The notes under the pieces were generated by a model. That model did not search any database and was not told the origin of the DNA. It was given only the letters and a program-made list of their open reading frames with translations. Below, one piece after another: positions 12,666 through 24,700 of a stretch of DNA of 64,000 nt (position 1 is the stretch's first letter; each line of letters opens with the position of its first letter). Position numbers and translations under genes: made by a program. The stretch comes from Lama glama (taxonomy: Eukaryota), in the NCBI GenBank assembly GCA_028534125.1, contig CM052825.1, forward strand, positions 25,606,001 to 25,670,000, written 5' to 3'.

Positions 12666-13489
12666 GGAGGACACAAAGAACCAGGCCATGAGCCTGGAAT
12701 CCTCATCTATTGTCTGGATTAGGGCCCTGGGGCAGCACGAGTCCCCGTCTCCTACCAGGGGGATTGGGCGTCAACTGATACGCGGAGACAAGACCTTAGG
12801 TCCAGGCAAGGCAGGATTGGAATTGAGGTCCCAGGAGTCTGGAAAAGTCCAGGCAGCGGTGTCGTCTGTGTCTGCCTGGCCACTGGGTGGAAGAGAAAGG
12901 TGTGTTCCTGAAACTTGAAAGCACAGCCCAGCCTCAGGCAGTCTGGTAAGAATTGTACTCCCAGCGAGTCTAGAAATCCAGCCAAGACATGATATAAAAG
13001 CTGGGCCAGTTACACCTCAGGCCCCTGGATGATATGCTGTCAAACTTGTCCTAAGGGATAATCTTCTATCCAGGTCTTGCTGGGGCTCAGCTCATGAGGA
13101 AACCAGCACCGAGAGTCCCAGTAAGCTAACGTATCGGCGACAAGGAATGGGAAAGAGTGTCAAAGAGCATGAAACACACAAAAGAAGGAGCCAAAACCCT
13201 AAAGAAGAAATGAGATCTCGTCGGGAAGGGGAGTGGTGCTTGGAAGCATGGGGATGCCGGTCTCAGAGGCTACAAAGTGCAGGGCGGGGTGGATGGCAGA
13301 CTGGACGAAACTGATGAGAGAATCAGTGAATTGGAAGAAACAGGTGTGGAAACGACTCTGCGTGCCCCACAGAGTGGCCAAAAGAGATAAGATAACGAGA
13401 GGTCAGAGGCCTGGGGGTGGGCGATGGGGGCCGCGTATGGCTCCCCACCTGTCTTTTTACTAGAACCACCTGTGCCCAGTGATGTCTGT

Positions 13490-13580
13490 GGCTGCTCTTG
13501 AACCAAAACTGGAGTCGAATAATTGCAACAGAGACACTCTGACCCACAAAGCCTGAAATATTCCTGATCCCTGCTCTAGA
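13490..13580. mobile_element. MER58-like hAT-Charlie fragment
   Basis: ttgcaacagagac...cccacaaagcctgaaatatt...ccctgctctaga. Confidence 0.55.
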
Positions 13581-13989
13581 AGACACTCCAGCGGAGAGAA
13601 AGAGAGAAAGCAAGAGCTGTAGTTACGGCTGAGAAGTATCCAGAGTTGATAAAAGCTAAGGAGCCTCAGATCCCAGAGACACAGTTAACCTCAAACATAA
13701 ATATGAGCGAATATGATAAATAGGAGCAAATTTCCATCCAGGCTGGGCCAGGTGGGGCTGCAGGACCCAGGTGAAGAGAGGGTCCTGGTGAAAGTAGAGA
13801 GGGGGTCTGGTGCTTTGAGGAACGGCCAGAAGACAGACAGCAGACCCTGGAGACAACAGAGCAGCATCCCCAAAGTGTGGAGGGAGGAGGGGCTGCTGGG
13901 GAGAAGTCTACACAGCACGGAGCGAGACATTTCAGACAAATCTGGACCAAAACGGTTTCCACTCCCTGAGTCCTACTGGAGGGACTGCT

Positions 13990-14360
13990 CAGGGAGAAGG
14001 AAGATGCACATGGCTGTTACAAAGAAAATAGTAAGAAATGTTATGCAAAGGTATGAAAGAGGATCTAAAAAAATTGAAGAACTATATGTCCATGTGTGGG
14101 ATGACCTGATATGGCAAGGGTGGTAATTCTCCTAAAATTAACCTGTAAATTCAATATAACTTCCAGCAAAAGCCCAATAGGTGTTTCTTGGATCTTGGGA
14201 AGCTGACTCTAAACATACCTGGCCGAAGAAACGGCCGGGAGCAGTCAAGCCAATTTCAAGAGAAAATAATCAGGGAGGGTCCCCCAACCAGACATGAAGA
14301 TTTACCACCAAACTAAAGCCATGAGGACATCTGGGAATAGACAAGGAGAAGAGGGAGGCA
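13990..14360 (+). mobile_element. Old L1 ORF2 fragment
   Basis: taaaattaacctgtaaattcaat...aagctgactctaaa...ccagacatgaagattta, matching the L1 ORF2 3' region. Confidence 0.7.
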
Positions 14361-15829
14361 GAATGGACAGCTGGAAGTGGGTCCCCACACCCCCCGTTCC
14401 ACACCTGGGTCTAGAAGCCACACGGCAAGTGGGAACACAGAACTCGCCTGAACATGTGTCTGTACGGCAGCCACCGACCTGGACTGGCTCATCTGTGCCG
14501 ATGGTTAAACATTCAAAAAAGTGTTAAACACAGCCACTCTGGCAATTGAGTCATACAGACTTACAGTCAGTACTGAAGTGTCAGCAGCTTCCGTTTAGTG
14601 AATATAATCTGTTACAGGGTGAGAAAGAACTAAACAGACAAATTCCTTCTGGATTTAGTGACACACCTGGCTGGACTGGGGTGCAGCCCTGAGACTGCAC
14701 GTAAGGCCTGGATCCCGGAGCCAGGAACGAGTGAACAGAGGAGTCCCGCAAGAATTGCCCAGCCGTGCGTGATTTACAGTAAAGAGTATCACCTGTGTTA
14801 TCACTGTTTGTGAGTCGTGTGCTCCATATTATTATCCCAGTAAAACTGCTATAAGCTGCTGCTGTACGTATATAAACACAGACAATTATGTACCAGAGGT
14901 GGCTCTCTCACGGGGTGAAGATGGCCACTTGCAAAGGATGCCTGTGTGCAACAGTTTACCTGAAGTTCAAAAACACCTGAAGCCATGTGGTGCACGCACA
15001 TGTTTAATCTCGGAGGAGGTCCAGGGTTGGCACCGTTACTTTCTGAATTTTCCAGCATGCTTGAAATATCTCCCAACTTGAAACTGATTTTAAACCAAGG
15101 TTGGTTTTGGCTCTCAGGGTCCCTCTCCTGATGGGATGCCCCAGCTCCCCACACCTTGGGAATGTTTCTGTCCACTTCCGGCAATGGCCAGGAAATCAGG
15201 AGTGTCACATGGGCTCAGTGATGCCACCTCCTGGAGCTCGAGGCTGTAGGGAAAGCTTCTCTTTGTCCCAGACTTCTTGGGGACTCAGGGAGCCTGAGAG
15301 GGGCACCGGCCTGTCTGCCTCGGGTCCCTGGCTGTGCACTGGGCGGCAGCGCTGGGCTGGGGCAGCACCTGTGGGGCTAAGGGCAGCTGTCTCCGCCAGT
15401 CCCTGCCCCCCTCAGGCTGATCTGGGCGCCTGAGGCAGAGTGCCAGCTCGGCAGCACAACCACAGCCCAGAATCGATCTGATTGTAATTGGGGCTTGGAA
15501 GAGGTTTAATATTTAACAGGATTAAATATTTAAACAGGATGAGTTGACAGAAAGTGCGGTGACCCAGGGAGACAGTGGGTTAGGCCTTAAAGATGGGGCC
15601 AGGCCTCAGACACCCAGGCCTGCCTTCCAGGTATACAGCGGGTGCTCAGGGGTTCCCTACAGAGGGCATGATTTGGTCCCAGCTGTCAGGGCTGACCAAA
15701 AGAGTCTCATCCTGGCCACTGGCTGGGTACACAGAGGATGTCTCCAGCCCCCTCCTTGGCGCCCTGTTTATTGAGCGCCAATTGTGCCGAGCCTGGCTGG
15801 GGTTTGGGACTGCCTTGCAAATGTTCCTA

Positions 15830-16010
15830 TGACTGAGAAACACTGCCTCCTCTAGGAAGCCCACCTGGATTGGGCCAGTTCCTTGTTACACACACTGTCA
15901 CCCCCTACATGTCCCCTTGCATCCTGTCATTTATAAGGATCTGGAACACTGAAGGAGAAGCAGCCCCACTAGCACCCTGCATGTAGTAGGTGCTCAATGC
16001 TATCCTTGAC
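15830..16010 (+). mobile_element. L2 3'-end fragment
   Basis: cctcctctaggaagcc ... gtagtaggtgctcaatg. Confidence 0.5.
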
Positions 16011-16284
16011 TGAGCCACCCCCAGCATATCGCATGGGTGATCTGACCAGAGGACGTGGGGCTGCCAGGAAGGCCCACACACCAGCACCTCCCACCTGCTG
16101 GCCCTTCTCCGGCAGTGCCAGTAAGGGGTTCTGGTCTTGCGTCCCAGTGACCCATCAGAGTCTGTGACACAGGGGGAAGGGGAAGGAAGGGGTGCAGTGA
16201 GGCCAGACTTGGCTCACATCCAGCAATATCCAGCCAGGTGGGCAGCTGGAGGGACAGTCACAGGGAGCAGGGTGAAGACTTGGG

Positions 16285-16670
16285 ATGTATGATTCTCCTG
16301 GGGCTGCCTGACGGCTGGAAACAACCGAAGTCCATCCTTCTCGAGCCTGGAGGCCAGAAGTCTGAAATCAAGGAGGCTCCAGGGGGGCTCCTTCCTTCTC
16401 TTCCAGCTTCTGATGCTGCTGCTGCTCCTTGGCTGGTGGCTGTGTCACTCCACTCTCTGCTTCCGACATCACATGGACTCCTTGTGTGTCCAAGTCTCTA
16501 AATTTCCTCTCTTGTAAGGACAACAGCTGTGGGATTAGGGTCTACCGATGTCTTCATCATAACTTAACCACCTGCAAAGACCTTATTTCCAAATAAGGTC
16601 CAGCTTGCAAGTACTGGGGGGTTAGGACCTGGACTTCTCTTTTGCGGGACACAACTCAACCCATTACCCA
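16285..16670 (-). mobile_element. MLT1C-like solo LTR
   Basis: ctggaggccagaagtctgaaatcaagg...cttccagcttctg...ctgcaaagaccttatttccaaataaggtc. Confidence 0.85.
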
Positions 16671-18359
16671 AGGGACACCTGCACTGGGATGGGGGGCCGA
16701 CAGTGTGTGACCCTACGTAGCCCCAGGACCCACAAGAGTCCAAGTCTGGTCCCTCAATGCAGATGAACAGGGAGGGCTGAGCACGTGGTCAGCAGCTCCT
16801 GACTCCTAGTCCCCGGATGGAGCTGAGATGGGCAGGGCGTGGGCGTTGTGCTGGGGAGAGCCTTCAGATGACCAAAGACATCAGTCTGTGCCGGTCACTG
16901 CCCCTCACCAGAAGCTAAGAACTGATCTCTGAATTTCCTCCTCGATCTTCCCCATAAATCTTCTTTCCAAACTGGAATGTTTGGTCTCTGCCCACCCCAA
17001 GAAAGCATTGGTGCAGCGGGAGGGATGGTTCTAGAATTTCCAGAGGACACCATCCTCCCCCTACCCCACCCCAGACTTCCCCGAAAGATATCAGTGATCT
17101 GAGCCCTGGGACTGACCGGATAGTGGATGAGGCTAGGGCGGAGCCCCTGGGCCTTGTGTCTCAGGGTCCACTGCCCCTGTGTGGCCGCAGGACCAGGGTT
17201 CCCACGGGGCTCTCAGTGAAGTCCTCACCCCATGAAGCCTCCGCAACTCCGAGGCCCAGGCGTCCTCCGCAGCTTTCCACACCCGTGGGCCTGCGGGTGG
17301 CTGCCAGAACAGGGTTGGAGGGGGCCAGGTGCCCCGCCCACTCGCTTCCACCCTGGGGGGCGGCTCCCCACAGGCAGCACCCACGTGGCCAGGCTGAGTT
17401 GTGTCTGCGGAATGTCAGGGCCGCGGGGAGGAAGTGAGGGGGGAGGCCGGCCCCTTGTGATGTCTTGCAGACCCTGGGAACCGAGGGAGACAGAGCCCAC
17501 ACCCCAGGCCAGGATGACAGCCGTGTTCCAGGTGGACCCAGAGCTTCCTGAGGCCATCCAGGTCTGGGGCTGGACCCAAGGCCATGATCAGGACTAAAGG
17601 AGAAACAGAGCAGAGAGGGGAAGAGCCAGAGGGAGCCTGAGTCGTCTTGGAGGTGGGGGTGGGGGACGCGCTAGAGCAGCAGCTCTGTCAACTGGGTGGG
17701 AGCAGAGGTTTGGGGGGAAGAGACGTTGCTTCTCCCCCAACCCTGCTCCAGGCCTGTCCCGAGTCCCCTCTGCCTCCAACCCCACAGCTGTCCATCTTCC
17801 ACTGGGTTGGGGGACACAGGCTGGTGGGGATGGGTGGTCATCCCTGTAGGTGCCTAGGACTTGGTGGGAGGGTCAGTGGGGCCCTGGTCCCTGTGGCCAA
17901 GAGGGGGCAACACTATTGGAGTGGCAGGCAAGTCGAGGGTCAGAGGTCATTGAGAATGACCTGAGAATGGAACTACCCCTCTCACAGACCTCAAGTAGGG
18001 AGGGGGCACTAGGGCTGTGGAGTGGAGGAGGGTGTGGAAGGGGACCCTGCCTGCCTCCCATCAGGCTGGGGCCCTGGGGCCCATCAGACATACAGACACA
18101 CATGACGGGGATGGGGCTGGAGGCAGTAACCAGGTGCAGATGCTGCTCCTGGGCCACTGGGCACGAGGGCCATGGGGTCAGAGTGGGACAAGATCCTCTT
18201 TGCTCTCCTGCTGTGGGAGGGGGGACGGCCAGGTCCGTGCTCACAAGGTTTGCTCCTGAGTTCCTGGATGTCACTTCTCTGTGGGTAGGTTGGGGTGACC
18301 CCTAGCCGGTGGCTCTGGCTGGAAAGACCCTGCATCTTGGTCCCCAAACTGGGAGCAAA

Positions 18360-18795
18360 GGTAACTGATAAACTCCTGCCCTTCAGTCACAGACCACACA
18401 ACCAGGGTCTCAGAGCAACAGACATTTGTCTTGCAGTTTTGGAACCAGAGGTCGGAGACCAAGGTGTAGATAGGCCCTCACCCCCTCAGAGGATCCAGGG
18501 AGGATCCTTCGAGACATGCCTAGCTCCTCGTGGCCCTGGGTGGTCCTGGGCCTGGGCCGTGTTGTTGCAGCCTTGGCCTCCGACGTAACACATTAAGAAT
18601 CTTCTCCCCTCTTCTCTTCTAAGGACACAGCTGTTGGGTTTAGGACCCACCCAGATAATCAAGGGTGATCCCGTCTTAAGATACTTCACTTAATGACATC
18701 TACAAAGACCCCTTTTCCAGGCAGGGTCACAGTCACAGTTTGGGGGTTGGGATGTAGGCGTGTCTTTTGGGGGCTACCATTTGACCCACTGCCGC
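18360..18795 (-). mobile_element. MLT1C-like solo LTR
   Basis: aaggacacag...ggacccacccagataatc...acttaatgacatctacaaagaccc. Confidence 0.8.
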
Positions 18796-21700
18796 ACTGT
18801 CCATGAGCTCATTCAGAAATGAGCCACAGGTCTTGGGGTCATGAGTGGAACGGGAAAAGGTCTCCAAGCTTCACACTCGAAGCTGCTTGTCTAACTGGCA
18901 GTGACCAGAGTGTATCAGACATGAGACCTGGAATGGGGTGAGAGCCGGGATGTTAGTTAACAGCCTCAGCTTATACATAGTTCCCTGAACATGAGTTTAG
19001 TGGCAAACTGAAGGTATTCCAAATTTCTACTGGGTCTCCATTGGCAAGCCCAAGATCTAGTCAGACCTCAAAAATCTTGTACTTAATCCTTTGAGTGGGG
19101 TGCTCTTTGGGGTTTCAGTGAATCATTCTCACAGCTCTGATAAATGGGTGACCGTAGAAGCAGCTTACTAGCATCACTGGCCCTTCAAACTGACCTGCTG
19201 CTGGTCATTCTTTATAGCAAGAACATCCTTCCTCATTCTAGCTACCAGAACAAACTCCTATTCAGTCTGCAAAACTCCACAAGATCTATATTCTTAAAAT
19301 TTGAGCTCTCGACTGCGTGAAGTTGTTCCCCAATAGAGGTAAAGACCTTGGGAAAAATCGTGAGGCAGGAAGTGCCTTCTGTTTCCCTCTGGAGGGGCCG
19401 AGGCTGAGTGGGAGGATGCGGATAGTGTGGGTCCCTGATAGTTGGGCTCACTGTGAACTGCCACTCCCCTCCCTGCGAGGGGCAGCTAGCAGGAGGCATT
19501 GTCGTCACTACAGGCATCCCCACAAAGGGGAGCTGGAGTGGTCCTGCCTTCCTGTGGGACTGCTGCTCCTGGAGTCCTGGGCAGAGCCCTGAGCTCTGCC
19601 TGTGTCCTGAGGAACTACAGGGACTCCAGCCCAGCCTCATTGCCTGCTTCTGCCCCCTCCACTCTCAAGGCCTCACGGTGTCCATCTTTGCCTCTCTGGC
19701 TGTCCTGGGGGCAGAGCTTGAGTGGATGGGCAGGGGTGGTCTCCATGGAAACAGCCATGGTGACGAGTCATGGGTGGCTGTGGAAGGCCTTCTGATGCCA
19801 TCCAGAGGCAGAAAGCCAGCCAGAGAGAGGCCAGGTGGGGAGCTGGTGGCCAGACCCTGGGGGCATCAGCAAGCAGGCTGCAAGGCAGGCTGGGGAGGCC
19901 AGGGCTGAAGGTGGTAGGCAGAACGTGGCTTTCTCCAAATGCAGCCCTCGGCCCCTAAGTCAAGTGCCCCCTCCCACGCTAGTCTGGTGGTCCAATGTGC
20001 CCAGGTCCCCTCCACCCAGGAGGCTCCTGAGTGCAGCAGTGCCATCTGCAGGCACAGCCCAGCAGGAGGGCCCTCCTGGGGAGGGGCTGGCTGCTCCACT
20101 GATCCCACTGCCGTCCAGCTTGGTCTGAGGAAGGGCTCCCAGCAGGTACCAAACCTGGAGCTTCAAAGATCTGGCACCCAGGCAATGCCCAGACCAATTC
20201 CCTCCAGATCCGGGGCTGGGCCCGGGCAGGGGGCTCCTAGAAGCTGTGTATAGAGAGCACATACTCGGAGAGGCCCACGCATCGCATCGTGAGGAGACGA
20301 TGTGGCTCGCTGCAGCCCTGGCCCAGCACTCTGGGGTAGCAGCACCAACCTCCGGGAGCCCCTGAGCCACTCCAGGAGGGCCCCACCTGAGGCCCATCAC
20401 CCAGTGATGGGCAGTGGGATGGAGACCCCACCCCTGACTCCTAGCTGCCCCCAGACAGCCTGACAGGGCAGGGAGGCCGGGCCTTGGGGAGAGTGAGTAT
20501 GCCCACTCCAGAGGCCATCTGAGGGCAGGTGAGGGTCTGGAGAACAGAGACAGCTCCAGAGGCTCCTGGAAGCCAGAAGGTGCCCTGGTGGCCTTGCCGG
20601 ATGAATGGACCCCATGGAGATGTGGGGGCCCCACCCCTCCTCCCAAAGGGGTATCCAAAGCCGACAAAGGCCAAGGTCTCAGCCAACTCTGTGGCAGAGC
20701 TTCCTGGTGACCTGGCCCCAGCCCAGACCCAGGGTTCTCCCTAGGAGGGTTCATGGTCAGCTATGGCTGCTGCAGGCTCGGGGACCAGGACTCTGTGGTC
20801 TGGCTCCCGGAGGTAGACTGTCCATTGCCCCAGGGAGTGGGCAAAGCCAGCCTCTGAGGTGGAGGGCTGGGCTGGGCTCAGCTTGGATTCTGGTGGAAAG
20901 TGGGAAGAGGGCAAGGTGAGAGGAGAACTCAGGCTTCTCAGGGGCCAGAGAGACCCCCTGGCTACAGTGCCCTGGGGCAGGGCTCCCAAATCCACAAGCT
21001 CACAGTGAATGCCCGGGTGTGCCAGGCACTGCGCAGCTGCCAGGGAATGTGGTGACAAGGACAGACAGGGTCCAGGGACAAGGAAGAGAGGCAGAATCAA
21101 GTGAGGCAGGATGGCCAGGACTGCCCCCCCAAACACACACAGCAGGAAGTGCAGGCTGGGCCCGGACCTTCGGGTTAGGAGTCACCGCTTCTACCAGCCA
21201 TCCCACGGGACAGGCTCCTTAAACTACTGCGGTGTCCCTGAGTCTCAGGAATTCATCCTTAGGATTAATTAAACGAGCTAACACCCGAGAAAACGTATCA
21301 GCACAGGCTGGTGACTGGTGGGCTCTGAGAAGAGTCAGAAGGGCAGAGGGAGGGGAAGCTGAGGGTCCGTGAGGCTTAGAGTCCCTTGGTCCCTTGGTCC
21401 CTGAGAAGAGAGTTCAAGTGAAGGCTTCCCAGGAAAATCATGGTGGGGAGCAGACCAGGAAGGGAAGGAGGCAGGGACTCCAGGAGCCCTGCAGACATCA
21501 GGGGCCACACCCAGTGTCCTGGGCCAGGGCTGTTAAGGGCTGTCTCCCAGCATGTGGATAGCCCTACCTTGGTGTCCAGAGAGTTACCATGGGGGGACAG
21601 GATGGGCCAGCAAAAGGCCACGGGGCACCACCTACCCATCAGGATGTGGGCATCTCCCCCTCATATCTGCGGGGTGGGCGGTCAGAGTCTGTCCTCACCT

Positions 21701-24700
21701 CCTTCCCGAAATGGACACTGGGCGTCTGCTTGTCACGGTGCACGAGTCCTGATCCCCAAACAAAATATTTGGTTTCCAGGGCAGATGGCCTTGAAATGCA
21801 AATATTGCTTCTCTGTTTCTAACAAACAGTCACATTTGGGCCCTTGGAGCCCTGAGCCGGCTCCTAGCCGTGAAAACCAGTGTCCACTACCCCTGCTAAG
21901 AGCCAGGCAGAGGCAGTCCCTTCTGTCCCCTAACAACCTTCAAGTGGGAACAGAACTCCCCATCTCCCGTTTCGTGGCTAAGGAAATGGAGGCCCAGGCT
22001 CCAGGGCCCAGGGGAGCCCCCAGTTCTGGGTGGGGCCAACCTGGGCTCCCTGAGGTCTGCTGAGGACCTCCCAGGCTCTGAGGAGAGGCCCACAGTGGAG
22101 GGGGTTGCCTGTCCCCAGGCGCCTCTGCCCAGAACACTGGCCACACTGGTCCACTCTGGCCAGAGGCCCCAGTGCACAAGTGGGAGGAGTGGGGACCCAC
22201 GACAGCTCAGTATCTGCCTGGATGTCAGGGACAGGACATTAAGGGAGGACACAGAGTAGGGTGCTGCAGCACAGCCCTCGTGACTAGCAGATGGGAGTAG
22301 GAATGAGCCCCTACCCCACCCCTCTCCTCCAGGAACCAGAGGTAGCCCACTGAGGGCAGAGGTCAGCCCTGCACAGGGCCGGCGAGGAAGGTTGTGGGGC
22401 CGGCACAGAGGCCCTGAGACTGCTAGGGCACCCTGGGCTCCCCGGCTCTGTCTCATCACATCCCACCCCTGCCCACACAGCCACTCTCTGAGTCCACGCT
22501 GCTGTGTTGTGTGTTGTGTGTTGCAGCCCCTCCCCACTGGGTTGGGGCAGCATAGTGGGGGGCCATGTGTGGATGAATCCTCAGAAGCTCAAGCATGTGG
22601 ACTCTGCCAGCGAGGGCTCAGAGATGCCGCAGAGATTTCCATGGCCAAAACCCACTGTATTTTCTCCAAAGGAGACTGGGGAGCCTTAGGCAAGTGTAAG
22701 TGTCAAAATCAGCGAGTAGGTGTAGATCTCCGTTGTCCAGGCCCCGGGGGTCCTGCCAAGGGAGATGCTGCTTTCCCACCGCGCGGGACTCCGCAAAGAG
22801 ACATCTCAGAATAACGGAATGGCTTGGCGCGGCCCAGTTCGGCCCTGCTGGCAGCCTCCAGTGGGTAGGGGCAGAGGGGAAGGGACAGAAGCTGTCAGGA
22901 GAAGGGGCCTCCTGGAAATTCCACACCCCAGGAGCCCTCGGCAGCTGCATGGGTCCCAGCCTGGAGCACCTTCTCAGGCTCCTTGAGAAGGGCCCTGCTC
23001 AGGAAGGGATGGGAAGGCCAACAGGCTGGCCTCCTGGCCCCATGGGAAAGGCAGGGGACCCTTGAGAGGGTGCCCGGGCCCATTCAAGTGTTCTCCACAG
23101 CCCCTGCCACAGCTGAGGTGTCCTGCACGTCCAAGTCTAACAGCCCCTCAGCCAAGTCTGGAGCACGGACATCAGAGGAGAGATAAGCAGGACACTGGGT
23201 GGCACTTGCCCCGACATGGCAGGGTCAGTGGGGCTTGGGCAGGAGCAGCCCAGCCCAGCCCTGCCCCTCCCAGTCCCACAGAGCAGCCCATGTGGGCCTG
23301 GAGGAGAGCGCCGGGCCGGGCGCCTCCTGGCTCAGGGGACGCGGAGGGTCTCAACCAGGATGCTTAGAAGGCTGCCCTGGGACTGGGAGGGAAGAGTTGG
23401 TGTCTGTGGTCAGCCTGCTTCCAGTGGACAGCAGCAAACCCCTCAGCTCCCAGCCAGAAGCTGGGGCTGCAGGGAAGGGGAGCCCCAGGCCCCGGGATTT
23501 AGCGGGGGCTAGAGGGCCACCTGAGGGCTCAGCTAGGCTGGCAGGCCACTGGGGCGGCCGAGTGAGCAAAGCTGGGCCCCTGGGGCTGGGGAGACCCTGC
23601 AGAGACCAAACGGCACAAAGGCAGCCCCTGGGCCAGGGTGAGTTCCGGGACAGGGAGGGGTCTCCTTTGTCCCCAGAACTGGGGACGGGTGAGACACGGT
23701 GGACCTGGGTCCCAGTCCAGCTCTGGCCCAGTGGGTGACCTCAGGTGACACAGGGCATGTGGCCTCCATCTCCAGGTGCGACAGGGGTAGGGGGCCTTAC
23801 CCTCTCACTCTGAAGACATCATTGGCTCTAATTGGGAGCATCACAACCGACCAGGTGAGACTCAGATCACACTTCACACTTGGGGGGTGCCCATCACCCT
23901 CTGGCCTAAAATCAGGTTTCCACTTCTCAAGAAAGTCAGTCCAGCCTCTGATCAGGGCCAAGTAGCTCAAGACCTTGGTCCAGCATAGCCTCTTGGCCTC
24001 AGTTTCATGGTCTGACGCCGGCCCAGACGCCTGAGCGCCAGGGATCACACAGAGGCTTAAAGGGACCAGGGCGCTCCTGGCGGGTGGGATCTTGCTCTCT
24101 TCCTCTTATTGGGGTCGGGCATCAGACACTGAGCATGGAGGTTGGACCAGCAGATGCCCCAACTGGCTCAGGACCCCTCTCCTCAGGACCTGCAGCCCAT
24201 AGCCCAGCCTAGGGGATGCTCAGGGGACAGGGGAGGGGCTTCCTGGCTCACCTGCAGAGGGGCAGCCAGGGCTGAGACATGGAGGGTGTCTCCATCCACT
24301 GTTCCCTCCCTCAGACTGGCAGAGCTGGAGGTACTGAAGGAGGCAGGACCGGCCTGTGTGGGCGTGGGGGCGCGGTGCTGGCAGCAGGGTTGCCAGGCAA
24401 CTGCCATGTGCATCTGGTTGTGTCTGGGCTCCGTGGAGTAGAGGAGTCCCAGGTTCCAGTAGCCATGCTTTGCTGCTTGCGAAGGCGGCAGGAGGGTATA
24501 ATGTCCATCACAGTGCATAGTGGGGATCTCCACGCCCTGGGTCCCCAGAGGGGAGGATGCTGTGGCCCATGCCCCTAATTCTGCTCTCAGAAGTTCTCCA
24601 AGCAGCTTAGAGTTGCAGACCAAGAAGCTGTGACCATGGAACTCCAAGCATGGGGCCTTCCTGCTGAGCCCAAAGTGACACCAGAGGCCTGTCCCCTTTG

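Noticed and set aside
18800-19400. Lower-GC block next to an MLT1 LTR as possible ERV internal sequence or processed pseudogene
   Set aside because: No recognisable gag/pol or host-protein translation; cannot be assigned without a search
24183-24647. Minus-strand ORF containing a consensus donor CAG|GTGAGC
   Set aside because: No homology recognised and no partner exons found; at most a non-coding exon
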